From the IMG/VR virus record IMGVR_UViG_3300032218_003260: a DNA stretch of 64,000 nucleotides; one strand, written 5' to 3'. The notes under the pieces were generated by a model. That model was not told the origin of the DNA, searched no databases, and saw only the letters and a list, made by a program, of their open reading frames with translations. This document shows positions 9,528-19,257 of this stretch, one piece after another. Position 1 is the first letter of the stretch. Each line of letters begins with the position of its first letter. A program made the position numbers and the translations under genes. Origin of the DNA: a virus (Duplodnaviria; Caudoviricetes).

Positions 9528-11909
9528 TTAAGCGTTTGCGATAGCGCCAAGATCAATATCCTGCGCGGCTTCTTCCGGGTACGGCTCAATCGTCTTCTGC
9601 TTGAGGAACAGAATGACGTCGCCTAGCATTTCAAACGCGTTGCGCAGCGAGTCTTCCAGTTCCGGCATGTCGGCCTTGCCGTAACGTTCGGCAAACCGGT
9701 CACCGTGCCAGTAGAACATGAACAGGATACGGCCGAGCTTATCGAGGCCCTTGGTCAGCTCGCCCATGTACCTATCGACAAGCGAGTCGTCTCGAACGGC
9801 ACGCAACATGGCGCCGACCATCGCGGTGTCGAACACCTCGCGCTGTCCGCTCTGCGCGGCATCAATAACAGAACGAACGTCTTTTTGGTCGAGCAGCGTA
9901 TTCGGGTTGTAAACGCTGCGGTCCGTTTGACTAGCGCTCATGCCCGGCACCTGCATGGCGGTATCAATGCCAAGCTGTGTAGGAACGTTTGTGCCCATGA
10001 TACTTTCGCCGCCCATTACCGGACCCGGATCAGTCGGCGCTGACGGAGCGCCGTTGATCATCATCGGGCCGCCGTACGGGTCGGCGTACTTAACGCGGCA
10101 CTCAAACTTGCGCTTGGCGGCCGCTTGTTTCAAGATCTCGCGGGCAGCCTGCTCGCGGAGGCCGTGGTGTTCCACTAGCGTAACGAGCGCTTTGATCGGG
10201 TTCAGGTTGGCTTCTTTGTTAATCGTTACCGACGAGCCGTTGTGATAAACCGTCAGCGCGGCGGTCTTTTGCATAAGAGCCAGTTGCGCGTCAACAAGGT
10301 TGCCGGGCATCAGGGCCGGCGGATCACTCTCACCACAACCACATGCGTTCTGATCTTCCGCGTTTTCGGCGTCATCTTCGCCTTTGCTCACCTTAAGAAG
10401 CTTGAAACCCTCCGGCACAAAAATGTCGCCCATGCTGGCGCGCAGGCTGGAACCCTTTTTACCGTTAAGGTGAATTCGAACACCGTCGCGGTACTTGTCG
10501 TAGTTCAGCGGGTCGGTATAGCAGCTGCCGCAAACGCTGCCCTTGGGCGGATACTTTGAGTGATCCTCAAGATGCACTTCGTAAATCGTGCTATCTTCGC
10601 TATTGCCGTACTCTTTGATCACGCGAAACGGCGCAGTAGTGTCGTTACGTTTGCTGAGCGCAATGTAACGGGCATCCTTGCTCGGAACGCTGTTGGCTTC
10701 CGGCAGGCTGTCAAACCACTTGTCAAACTCTTCGCCCTCAATGCGCGCCAGCGCAAAGACTTGGTCAGCGCGGGTGTTTAACCAGTTACGCGCGCCATCG
10801 ACGCGCACGACGGTGATGAAGTTTTCACGCTTGACGGCGCCTTGCGGATGTACGGCAACGTAGCAACGCTCGATGTTGCCCGGCTTGACCAGAATCTCGT
10901 ACAGGCCGCTTTCGGTCGGATTAAACAGCTTCTTTTCGACCTGAATGTGATACGGCACCGAGACGTTGTCGCGGTCGCGCTGGTCTTGGATCAGCACGCC
11001 GTCGCGCAGTAACTTCTCCTGATCTTCTTCCGTGTAGCCGTGCGGGGCCTTGGTCTGCACCGTCGCATCATACGTGATGACCTTCAGACCGGCTTGGGCG
11101 GCGGGTTTCTTGGGCGCTTCGGACAGCACGCTGGCTATCTTGGCGCTGGCGGCGAGTTCACGCTTCTTCGCTTCGGCCATCGCTTCCTTGATGATATCTA
11201 AACCATAGAATTCATCGATGGCGGAGGCGATCTGCGGGGCGTGCTTGCACGTGTTAATAAGCGTGCCGATTACTTCACGGCCAGCCTGTTTCAGAAACGT
11301 CTTCAGGTTCAGCGCGTCGCCCATTTCCTTGAACGCCTGCGCGGTATTTAACGTAGCGCTCTTGGCGAGAGCCGGCATCGCAGCCGTCATCATCTCTTTG
11401 AGTGTGGGCTGCGCAGAGCCAAACTTGGCCGGGCTGCGCGAAAGCTGCGTAAAGTCCGGTTGGCGCTGGCCCATGCCCGACAGGTTGCGTTGCACGCCGC
11501 TACCCAGAATGTTGGGCTTGCGGTTGATCAGGTAGTTAATCCAGTTTTCCTTAAGCGGTACGAACATGTCCTGATTTTTGATATACAGGAGTTCGTGGCC
11601 TTTGAGGTCGCCGTTGAGGAAGAACACCGGCGCATACAGCCAGTTAGAGCCAACCTTGAACGCAAAAACACCAACCGCCTTGGTGTTTTCCCGGTTACGG
11701 TCGAGAAGCTGGAAACCAATTTCGTGGTCGAGCAGCTTGGGGGCCGAATCGCGCAGATAGGCGTGGGCCAGATTGCTAAACGACTGCTCGAAGGAGGTGT
11801 CGTCGCCTTTGCCGCCTAGATCGGCATATTTGGTCTGGGTGCGGTCATACGACTGCATTACCTTCAACCAATGCTTAACAGACGACTCTTTCGCTTTTTT
11901 GTTATACAC
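9528..11909 (-). CDS. Large multi-segment structural protein with many K-x-A motifs
   Basis: About 790 aa; probable GTG start 6 nt after GGAGG; KYA, KSA, KIA, KTA, KEA and KQA motifs separate globular blocks. Confidence 0.7.
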   Translation of the reverse strand: MYNKKAKESSVKHWLKVMQSYDRTQTKYADLGGKGDDTSFEQSFSNLAHAYLRDSAPKLLDHEIGFQLLDRNRENTKAVGVFAFKVGSNWLYAPVFFLNGDLKGHELLYIKNQDMFVPLKENWINYLINRKPNILGSGVQRNLSGMGQRQPDFTQLSRSPAKFGSAQPTLKEMMTAAMPALAKSATLNTAQAFKEMGDALNLKTFLKQAGREVIGTLINTCKHAPQIASAIDEFYGLDIIKEAMAEAKKRELAASAKIASVLSEAPKKPAAQAGLKVITYDATVQTKAPHGYTEEDQEKLLRDGVLIQDQRDRDNVSVPYHIQVEKKLFNPTESGLYEILVKPGNIERCYVAVHPQGAVKRENFITVVRVDGARNWLNTRADQVFALARIEGEEFDKWFDSLPEANSVPSKDARYIALSKRNDTTAPFRVIKEYGNSEDSTIYEVHLEDHSKYPPKGSVCGSCYTDPLNYDKYRDGVRIHLNGKKGSSLRASMGDIFVPEGFKLLKVSKGEDDAENAEDQNACGCGESDPPALMPGNLVDAQLALMQKTAALTVYHNGSSVTINKEANLNPIKALVTLVEHHGLREQAAREILKQAAAKRKFECRVKYADPYGGPMMINGAPSAPTDPGPVMGGESIMGTNVPTQLGIDTAMQVPGMSASQTDRSVYNPNTLLDQKDVRSVIDAAQSGQREVFDTAMVGAMLRAVRDDSLVDRYMGELTKGLDKLGRILFMFYWHGDRFAERYGKADMPELEDSLRNAFEMLGDVILFLKQKTIEPYPEEAAQDIDLGAIANA

Positions 11910-11990
11910 GGCCAGCCTCCATGCTGCGCTCAAAATTAGACACAGCATTAATTTACTGCGTCGCGGTCCCTATATCCTACAAAAACAGGT

Positions 11991-13871
11991 TCAAGGCTTC
12001 CACCCGCTTGTTGCGCCTGTTACACCGAATTGCTCGCCGTGGGCTAAAGAAGGCACATAACTGCTGCCCGCGGTATCGCTGCTTAAACCGCGCTGCACGC
12101 TGTTCATAAGCCCTTTTTCTTGATACGAGCCCAACATACGGGTCATCCAGTCAGGGTCGTTGGATATGTTAGCCATACCGCGGACCATTTCAGGCTGGAA
12201 CGGCGGTGGCTCTTTGTGCGCTTGAATTGTTTTTACGCCGTATTTGTTTAGGTTTGTCAGCACGTTTTTACCGATCTTCGTGCCGATTGAATAGTGCAGT
12301 ACTGGTTTTTCTAAATAATGCCCGGTCAATGTGCTGGGTGCGGCAGATACGCTACCTTCACGCGGAGTCCAGTTTCGTTCGATCGATGAATACGGCACTA
12401 CATCATCTGGCACATAATCGCCATATTCGTCCGTGAGGCGCACATGATTTACAAGCCCACGCGCCAGTAGCTCGATGTTGCGGCGATGAGCTGTAATACC
12501 GCTGTTACCCATGACCTGCCGCATGGCCTGCACAAAGTAACGCCGCCCCTCGCCTACGCCCTTGTGGCGGACAATTTCTGCCGGATTTGGCATACCTTCT
12601 GATATAACGTCGCCAGCCTCAAGCTCATCGCCCTTTTTAACCGAAAGATTTCTCTCCGTCGGAACGTAGTGGTCCTGACCGTTAATCTGCACATAGTGGC
12701 CGCCCTGCGGAGCCGGACGAACTTCCTGTACCCGGCCGTCAAGCTGGGCGTGCACGGCGCCATCTGGATATTTCTTCGGGACCTGTACAAGCGCGTTGAG
12801 CGCTTTAAAACCCGAAATCGCGCCTGCGCCGCCGACACCGCCAGAATGCTTCGAGCTGATCTGGCTTTGCGTGACTGGTTCCGACAGCGCTTGTGCTGCC
12901 GCGATACCCACATAATCTCCAATAGGCGGTAAACGCCCCTTTTCCCTGTAACCGACGTCTTTCGCATAAACTCCACCGTCTCCCGGGCCGCCGACAATCG
13001 GACTGCGGACTAAGATATCTTTAGCGCCGCTTTCTTTCAGATCCCGCAGAATTTTGGGCGTCAGCATCGTATTGCGCTTGTACGGCCCAACGGCTCGCGC
13101 AAGAAAAGCGCCTTCATTGTCGGGGTCGTCTACGTCAGTCGGGTAGCCGCGCTCTTCTGCGGCCATGCGCCGCTCTTCGTCCGTGTCGTCATCGTCGTCG
13201 GCTGTAACCAGCAGGCGGTGCGTCATCTGCGCCAGCTGTTTACCGTAGAAACCGGCGTCAGCTGTAGCCGTCTTGAGGTCGATAACACCTTTGCGCGTGC
13301 CGAATGCTCCGGCAAAATATTCCACAGGCCGCAAGCCTTGGCTGTACCCGCGCAGCACCGGAATTGGAATCGGGTCGCCGCGGTGATCGAGGTACTGCAT
13401 GTCGGCGCCAATAATTGAGTTCAGCTGAAACTTGTTGCCCACGCCCGCCCCAGAAATCTGATGCGCGAGTGGGTTATCTTGCCCCTCAGCTTCTTTATAC
13501 ACTTTGTCTAGCAGCTCTTGTTGCGCGGTCTGCGCTAGTTCAAGCAACTTGATGTTGCGCTGTTTTTCATCAAGACGCTTGTCAGCAAAGAGATCGCGCA
13601 TCTGGTTCTGCACGCGCAACTGCACGTGTCGCGCGGCCAGCGTGGGGCGAATGTCTTTGAGGCTGAACGACAGGCCGTTTGTGGTATATCCAGCGTCGCG
13701 ACCAATATCGTGAAGCCGCTTCATCACGTCACGATATTTTTCTGGGTGGTTCTTGGCCAGATCAGTCGCCACGTTTGACATAGTTTTTTTATTCAATACG
13801 CGATCATAGTCGCGCATTTCTGGCGGCAACGCCTCGTTAATCAGAAGTTGGCCGAGCGTTGTCTTTAGCAT
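11991..13871 (-). CDS. rpoC: DNA-directed RNA polymerase, beta' C-terminal polypeptide
   Basis: 626 aa; YSQGLRPVEYFAGAFGTRKGVIDLKTATADAGF (bridge-helix region), GIAAAQALSEPVTQSQISSKHSGG (trigger loop) and RRNIELL. Confidence 0.92.
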   Translation of the reverse strand: MLKTTLGQLLINEALPPEMRDYDRVLNKKTMSNVATDLAKNHPEKYRDVMKRLHDIGRDAGYTTNGLSFSLKDIRPTLAARHVQLRVQNQMRDLFADKRLDEKQRNIKLLELAQTAQQELLDKVYKEAEGQDNPLAHQISGAGVGNKFQLNSIIGADMQYLDHRGDPIPIPVLRGYSQGLRPVEYFAGAFGTRKGVIDLKTATADAGFYGKQLAQMTHRLLVTADDDDDTDEERRMAAEERGYPTDVDDPDNEGAFLARAVGPYKRNTMLTPKILRDLKESGAKDILVRSPIVGGPGDGGVYAKDVGYREKGRLPPIGDYVGIAAAQALSEPVTQSQISSKHSGGVGGAGAISGFKALNALVQVPKKYPDGAVHAQLDGRVQEVRPAPQGGHYVQINGQDHYVPTERNLSVKKGDELEAGDVISEGMPNPAEIVRHKGVGEGRRYFVQAMRQVMGNSGITAHRRNIELLARGLVNHVRLTDEYGDYVPDDVVPYSSIERNWTPREGSVSAAPSTLTGHYLEKPVLHYSIGTKIGKNVLTNLNKYGVKTIQAHKEPPPFQPEMVRGMANISNDPDWMTRMLGSYQEKGLMNSVQRGLSSDTAGSSYVPSLAHGEQFGVTGATSGWKP

Positions 13872-13872
13872 G

Positions 13873-14112
13873 TCACGGCGTCCACATTATTTTCTGCATC
13901 GACTTCGGCTGAAATTCGGACACGACGACCGTTTTGTCGACACCGAGTGCGCGCAGCAGCGAGTGAAACTCTTTCTCGCCAACTGTTGAGTAAACAATGG
14001 CTTCATCAACTTGAATAGCAACAAACAGCGGATTGCCGAGATCGTCTTCGACAATCACGCTGTGTGCTTTTTTTTCGCTGGGCTGCAGACTGTGTTGCGT
14101 TTTAACCAGCAT
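13873..14112 (-). CDS. Small hypothetical protein between the RNAP subunit genes
   Basis: 79 aa, abutting both neighbours. Confidence 0.55.
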   Translation of the reverse strand: MLVKTQHSLQPSEKKAHSVIVEDDLGNPLFVAIQVDEAIVYSTVGEKEFHSLLRALGVDKTVVVSEFQPKSMQKIMWTP

Positions 14113-14830
14113 TGTCCGCTATGCTCCGAATCATGGCGGCGATAGCGTTTGCTTTGATTTGCATCTGCGTCGGCGCGTTCGGATTGGAATAGCCGGGGCC
14201 GAACGGGCGGCCGATCGAAGACGCTGATTTTTCGTGGCGGTCCCACCACGCGGCCTTCGACGGGTCACCTTCTGGCGGCGCGGCGTTCGGCGGCATGGGC
14301 CCGCCCGGAGGTGTCGGGCCGCCCGGCGGCTGCATACCGCCCTGCGCGTTTGGATCTTGCGGCGGGGGCGCCATAGGCCCGCCCGGAAGCGCAGTTTCGG
14401 CCGGCGGGGCGCCAGTCGTTCCCGGCGGCAGGACTAGCGACTCCGGCGGAACCTGCACGCCCATCGCGTTCATAATTGCAGTAAGTTGCTGCTGCATGTT
14501 GTACAGACGATAGTCGAGCATTTGCATCATCTGCTCGGGCTTGAGCTTTTGCTGCGCACCAGCAGGAGCTGCGCCCGGAGCGGCGGGTGCGGCGGGCGCT
14601 GCGGGAGGTGCAGCGGGAGGCGCCATTCCCATAGCCGCTGGATCTGCTGGCGGTGCCGCTGCTGCAGCAACAGCAGACGGATCGGCCGGCGGTACAGCCC
14701 CCATGGCGGCTGGGTCAACCGGCGGAGCACCACCAGCAGCAGCGGGATCCACCGCCGCTCCGGGCACTAATGCAGATTTTTCAAAACGCGCTTTCGCGAG
14801 CGCGATAAGTTCGGGGTTGACCGTGAACAT
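14102..14830 (-). CDS. Pro/Ala-rich putative virion protein
   Basis: 242 aa; GGAGG RBS; EKSA motifs near both ends of a low-complexity core. Confidence 0.65.
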   Translation of the reverse strand: MFTVNPELIALAKARFEKSALVPGAAVDPAAAGGAPPVDPAAMGAVPPADPSAVAAAAAPPADPAAMGMAPPAAPPAAPAAPAAPGAAPAGAQQKLKPEQMMQMLDYRLYNMQQQLTAIMNAMGVQVPPESLVLPPGTTGAPPAETALPGGPMAPPPQDPNAQGGMQPPGGPTPPGGPMPPNAAPPEGDPSKAAWWDRHEKSASSIGRPFGPGYSNPNAPTQMQIKANAIAAMIRSIADNAG

Positions 14831-14850
14831 ACAGCCTCCATGTTTAACGA

Positions 14851-17800
14851 TTACGTATTATCTTCCACAATATGAACCGGGGTGTCCACCTCTATTTCGC
14901 CTCGCCGGTACGCCTGCACGGCGTCCTGCTTGCTACGAAACACGCGGGGTTTGGCTTTTTTACTGATCCGACTGGACGCCAAGTATAACCCAGTCTGGTA
15001 GTCTTTGTTAGGAACGTAGTGCGCCCGAAACGTCGCTGTTGCAAACAAGTTCTTGCTTGGCAGCATCTTTTCAACAGCTTCTTTTGCGGCGTCTTCTGTA
15101 CTCGGAACGTGATACTGCATCGCGTCGCCGTCAAAGTCGGCGCCAAACCCCTTGGTAATTACGGGGTTCACTTCCATGACTTTGTTTTTAGTTAACTTGG
15201 GGTAAAACGCCATCATGCCGTAACGGTGAAGTACTGGGGCGCGGTTGATAACAATTGGCCGCGATGACATCTGCTGATTTAACTCAGCAAACGCTTCTTT
15301 GTTCTTATCCTCGACCGCCTGCATGGCCTGCATACGCGGGAGGCCGCGGCGGACAAGGCCGCGGACAACAAACGGCTTGTAAATGTCCCACGCCTTCTCT
15401 TCTGGTAGCGCGACCTCGTCCATGTCGAGATCGGGGTTTGGTGTGATGACAGCGCGGCCGACAAGGTCTACCGTCGAGCTGAGCAGCTTACGCTGAACAG
15501 TGCCGTACTTAGGCGAGTTGCCAAACACGTGCCGCAGGAAACCTTTGACATTACGCTCGACGTTCTTGGGCTGTTGCGGCTCGCCTAACCCGGTAACAGC
15601 CTTCATCGAGTCGTACACGCTCAGGCGTTCGTCGCCGTAGTCAGATAGTGCGCCAGACGCTTCTTTCAGCGTATCGTTCGCGTCGAGCAGTTCTTTGTAC
15701 AGATAATTAGCGTCAGCAACGAGCGGTAGCTTCTTGCTACCCATCGTGCTGACGGGGCGGAAAAGCGGCGGCAGCACCGGGACTTTACTGATCATCCAGT
15801 CCTTGGGGTGCACGCCGGTTGTTTCAGCGCTCTTTAAAAATCCTAGCCGCCTTACTGCGGCGTCGCGCAGTGTCTTACGCCCGGATTTGATATCTTCCCG
15901 CGCCTGTTCGATCGCCTTCGGCAAGTTAATTCTTTCCAACGCAGATTTAATCGCTGTGGGACCGGTTTTATCGCCTAGCTGCTCTCGGCCAGCCAGCACA
16001 CCACGGAACTGCTTCTCGGTCAGGCCCAACACGCGGCGAATCGGGTCTTCCATGACGGGATTGGGCAGCGGCTCATGCAGCGTGATCTTGCTCCACCGGT
16101 TACCGCCGTGTCCGCCTGTTAATGTCTCGTCAAATAGCCCACCGGCAATAGGCTTGAGCCGCCCTTTCCAGTCCACGGTCTCAGAACTTTTTAACTCGCG
16201 TGGGCCGGCTAGTTCGTCGACGTCCTTGTCCGTCATCGCCATCAGGTTTGAACGGGTGCCCTTGCGCACAACGTTGATACCAGACGCTTTCAGCTGCGTG
16301 ACGAATTTCTCATAGACGTGCGGCACTTTGGGCAGTGGCGGGGTGTAACCAGCCATGAACTGCGACCAGTACTCTGGGTTAGCTTGGCCGCGCACCATCT
16401 TGGCGTCGCGAATAACTTTGCCGGCGCCGTGAGATAGCAGCGCGCCAAGATCTAACATACCGATGCGCTTGGCGCCCTCACTGCCGCCTTTCGCTGGCGT
16501 ACCTTCGGCGGTATACGCGCCCATCGACCGGCCCTGCGCCTTTGATTCACTGGTGTGATGCAACTTCATGAAAAACCGATTACCCGTGAGCACACCGCCG
16601 ATTTTGCGGCCTGTTTCTGGATCGATTACATCTTCAGTGTCGGACAACCCGTGCGCGGCTAATTCTTTTTGCGCAAACTCAATTAGGTCGCGCTTGTTAT
16701 CAAAATCTTTGAGCTTGTACGGTTTGCCGGTTTTGGCAGCAACTTTACCGAGCGCCGCTTCAATCACCTGCGTGGGGTTAATACGGCTGATCAACCCCAA
16801 CGGCGAGACCAGCACTTCAAACGGGTTGCCGTCGCGGTCTTTGGGCATCTGATCGTCCGGGACAATCTCGGCCACGACGCCTTTATCGCCAAAGCGACCG
16901 GTAAGCTTGTCGCCTACGTCCATGGGCGATTGATTCTTCACCACGACGCTGACACCCTTTTTGGTGTGCATAACGTCGGTCACAATTCCGGGCGCGTGAT
17001 GATCCCACGTAATCGTTTCGTTAGTGAAGTTACCGGCGCGCCCACGATGCACTTTGCCGTACACTGTGTCTTTCTTTTTGGCCACAAGTACGAGCGGATC
17101 GCCAAACTTGACCTCGGCGCCTTTTTTAATCGCGCCATTGTCGTCAAATTGATCAAGAAACTTTTTGTCATACTCAGTCGGGAACAAACTCACGAACGCC
17201 TTCTTGCCAACGTGAGTGTTGTCGTCCCACTCGGCTTCGTGCTGATACATATGCTCAGACGTCAGCCGCTTGGATGCAGATTCAGAAATAACTACAGCGT
17301 CTTCGTAGTTCTTGCCGCGAAAAGGCAAATACGCTGTACGCAGATTAAGCCCTAACGCTGCGCTACCGTTTTGATCAGTAAAATTTGACCTTGCCAGCAG
17401 CTGCCCGGGTTCGATCGTGTCGCCGGGCTTTACAAGCGGCGTCTGATGTAAGAACGTCTTACGGTTGTACGGCATCTCGTTATAGAGATCGATTGTCTTC
17501 TTATTACCGTCTTTGTCGCGCAGCACGATACCGTCGGGTGTCACGTCAACTACTTGTGCCCGCTCAGTTGCGCGCGTGGCACCAAGTTTCTCGCCCATCT
17601 CGTCTTCGTGCGAAACGTTTTCATCATCAGCTTTAGCGGACTGCAGTAAGGGCGCTTCAGCGTTTACGAGCGGAAGCGCCTGCGTAAACATTCGACTGCC
17701 CATGATCACACGATGGCCTTTGATCATGGATTTAATTGGCACCATGTTCGTGAGGGCCGAGAACGTCGTGTCCATGTTCGGCAAACTGAACTGCGCTTCT

Positions 17801-19254
17801 TTCCGCGGTACGTACTTCAGTTTGCCGTTAACAAGCGCAGCCACAACGGGCAGGTTGTTATCTTCTTCACCCGGAAACACGAGCGGCGTGTCGGCCAGCT
17901 CTTGCGGTGTTTTGTACACCTTTTCACCGGTTTTCATATCTACAACCGGCGTGTATATCTTGCCGTCGGAGCCTTTCATGGCGCCGCGGGCAAACCGCAT
18001 GTCGACGCCCACTTTTCCAGACTCGGGCGTGCGGAGGTAGTCAATAAACCCAAGATGGCTGGGCTGGACCGAACGCGACTCGGCGGGCACGGCGTCCAGT
18101 GAGCCGATGCCGCCTTCGCCCATTCGGGTCACGCGCGTCTGATGGTCAAAGATCTCGGCCGGGTTGATTTCTTCTAGGCTCGACCCAAGTCCGCTGCCAA
18201 TGAGCGCCGCCGAGATAGCTTTGTCGAACACGCCTGATGGGATGTGATCGATTGACTTCTTTGCGGTTGCTTTCCAGAGCAGTTTGTTAAGAGATTGCCG
18301 GTCTTTGGTAAACCGCTCGGCAATGAGGTCTTCAGGGCCGACAACGGACTGGTACACCATGTTGTCGCGGTCGTCGCTTTCGGCCTCGCGGCGATTCACT
18401 GCGATTAATTTTTTAGTGATCGCCAGAATAGTCTCTGGCGTCATGTTTTTGTATTCAGACCCCAGAGTGCGACGTGTAACTTCCGGGTCAAGTTCGGTCT
18501 TGGCAAACTCGGCGGCGATGGCCTGCGCTTTGGCAATAGCGTCTGCGCCGGCGACGGGTTTGTTTACAAGGCGCGCGTAGATCTTGTCCATCGTGCCCGC
18601 GTCGCCCTTCTCCATGTTAACCGCGGTAATCTCGTTGCCCCACGCCTTGCGAATATCTTGATCGGTCACGCCCATGGATTTGAGCAGCGGCATAAGCGGG
18701 ATCTGCGCCTGCCCGATGCTGATCTTGAACACGCCAGTCTTTGGGTCGAGGAAGTACCGATGCGAACGACCCTTACCCGGTAACGTGTTTACGTGCGCCT
18801 CGATTTCGCCGTTGTCTTTTTCGCGGGTAAACACGCCGGGGCGCAACCGCATCTGATGCGCAAGGGTGTACTCAACGCCGCCGTTAACGAACGTGCCAGA
18901 GTCAGTGAGATACGGCACGTGGGCTATCGTGGCGCGGCGTTGGCCGACGGGTTGGCCGGTTTTGTTATCTGTAAGCGTCCACGTACCTTGCAGCCGGCGG
19001 GCAAGTGTCCCTCTAGAAAGGACAGCTGTCTTCTGATCTGACCTTGTAAAACGTTCAGGTCCTGTGTAACCAACGTCTTGGAGTTGCAACGTATACAGGT
19101 CGTTTTGCAGCGGTTTGAGGCTCTGCGCGCTCGTCAACGCCTGATTGAAGATGTTATCGCGCATCATGCCAACATCGCCAAATGTGCGCATCGTGGGCGC
19201 AGCGGGCGCGGGCATCATCGACGACTTTAACTCAGGCAGCTCGGGGGCTGGCAT
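14851..19254 (-). CDS. rpoBC: DNA-directed RNA polymerase, fused beta + beta' N-terminal polypeptide
   Basis: 1467 aa; beta motifs GDKLTGRFGDKGVV, MKLHH and GAKRIGMLD; beta' motifs KPIAGGLFD, VINRAPVLHR and catalytic GFGADFDGDAM. Confidence 0.95.
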   Translation of the reverse strand: MPAPELPELKSSMMPAPAAPTMRTFGDVGMMRDNIFNQALTSAQSLKPLQNDLYTLQLQDVGYTGPERFTRSDQKTAVLSRGTLARRLQGTWTLTDNKTGQPVGQRRATIAHVPYLTDSGTFVNGGVEYTLAHQMRLRPGVFTREKDNGEIEAHVNTLPGKGRSHRYFLDPKTGVFKISIGQAQIPLMPLLKSMGVTDQDIRKAWGNEITAVNMEKGDAGTMDKIYARLVNKPVAGADAIAKAQAIAAEFAKTELDPEVTRRTLGSEYKNMTPETILAITKKLIAVNRREAESDDRDNMVYQSVVGPEDLIAERFTKDRQSLNKLLWKATAKKSIDHIPSGVFDKAISAALIGSGLGSSLEEINPAEIFDHQTRVTRMGEGGIGSLDAVPAESRSVQPSHLGFIDYLRTPESGKVGVDMRFARGAMKGSDGKIYTPVVDMKTGEKVYKTPQELADTPLVFPGEEDNNLPVVAALVNGKLKYVPRKEAQFSLPNMDTTFSALTNMVPIKSMIKGHRVIMGSRMFTQALPLVNAEAPLLQSAKADDENVSHEDEMGEKLGATRATERAQVVDVTPDGIVLRDKDGNKKTIDLYNEMPYNRKTFLHQTPLVKPGDTIEPGQLLARSNFTDQNGSAALGLNLRTAYLPFRGKNYEDAVVISESASKRLTSEHMYQHEAEWDDNTHVGKKAFVSLFPTEYDKKFLDQFDDNGAIKKGAEVKFGDPLVLVAKKKDTVYGKVHRGRAGNFTNETITWDHHAPGIVTDVMHTKKGVSVVVKNQSPMDVGDKLTGRFGDKGVVAEIVPDDQMPKDRDGNPFEVLVSPLGLISRINPTQVIEAALGKVAAKTGKPYKLKDFDNKRDLIEFAQKELAAHGLSDTEDVIDPETGRKIGGVLTGNRFFMKLHHTSESKAQGRSMGAYTAEGTPAKGGSEGAKRIGMLDLGALLSHGAGKVIRDAKMVRGQANPEYWSQFMAGYTPPLPKVPHVYEKFVTQLKASGINVVRKGTRSNLMAMTDKDVDELAGPRELKSSETVDWKGRLKPIAGGLFDETLTGGHGGNRWSKITLHEPLPNPVMEDPIRRVLGLTEKQFRGVLAGREQLGDKTGPTAIKSALERINLPKAIEQAREDIKSGRKTLRDAAVRRLGFLKSAETTGVHPKDWMISKVPVLPPLFRPVSTMGSKKLPLVADANYLYKELLDANDTLKEASGALSDYGDERLSVYDSMKAVTGLGEPQQPKNVERNVKGFLRHVFGNSPKYGTVQRKLLSSTVDLVGRAVITPNPDLDMDEVALPEEKAWDIYKPFVVRGLVRRGLPRMQAMQAVEDKNKEAFAELNQQMSSRPIVINRAPVLHRYGMMAFYPKLTKNKVMEVNPVITKGFGADFDGDAMQYHVPSTEDAAKEAVEKMLPSKNLFATATFRAHYVPNKDYQTGLYLASSRISKKAKPRVFRSKQDAVQAYRRGEIEVDTPVHIVEDNT

Positions 19255-19257
19255 GGA

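Noticed and set aside
14102-14830. Pro/Ala tandem repeats here and at 51000-51200 as DNA repeat elements
   Set aside because: These are low-complexity coding linkers with synonymous variation, not nucleotide-level repeats.
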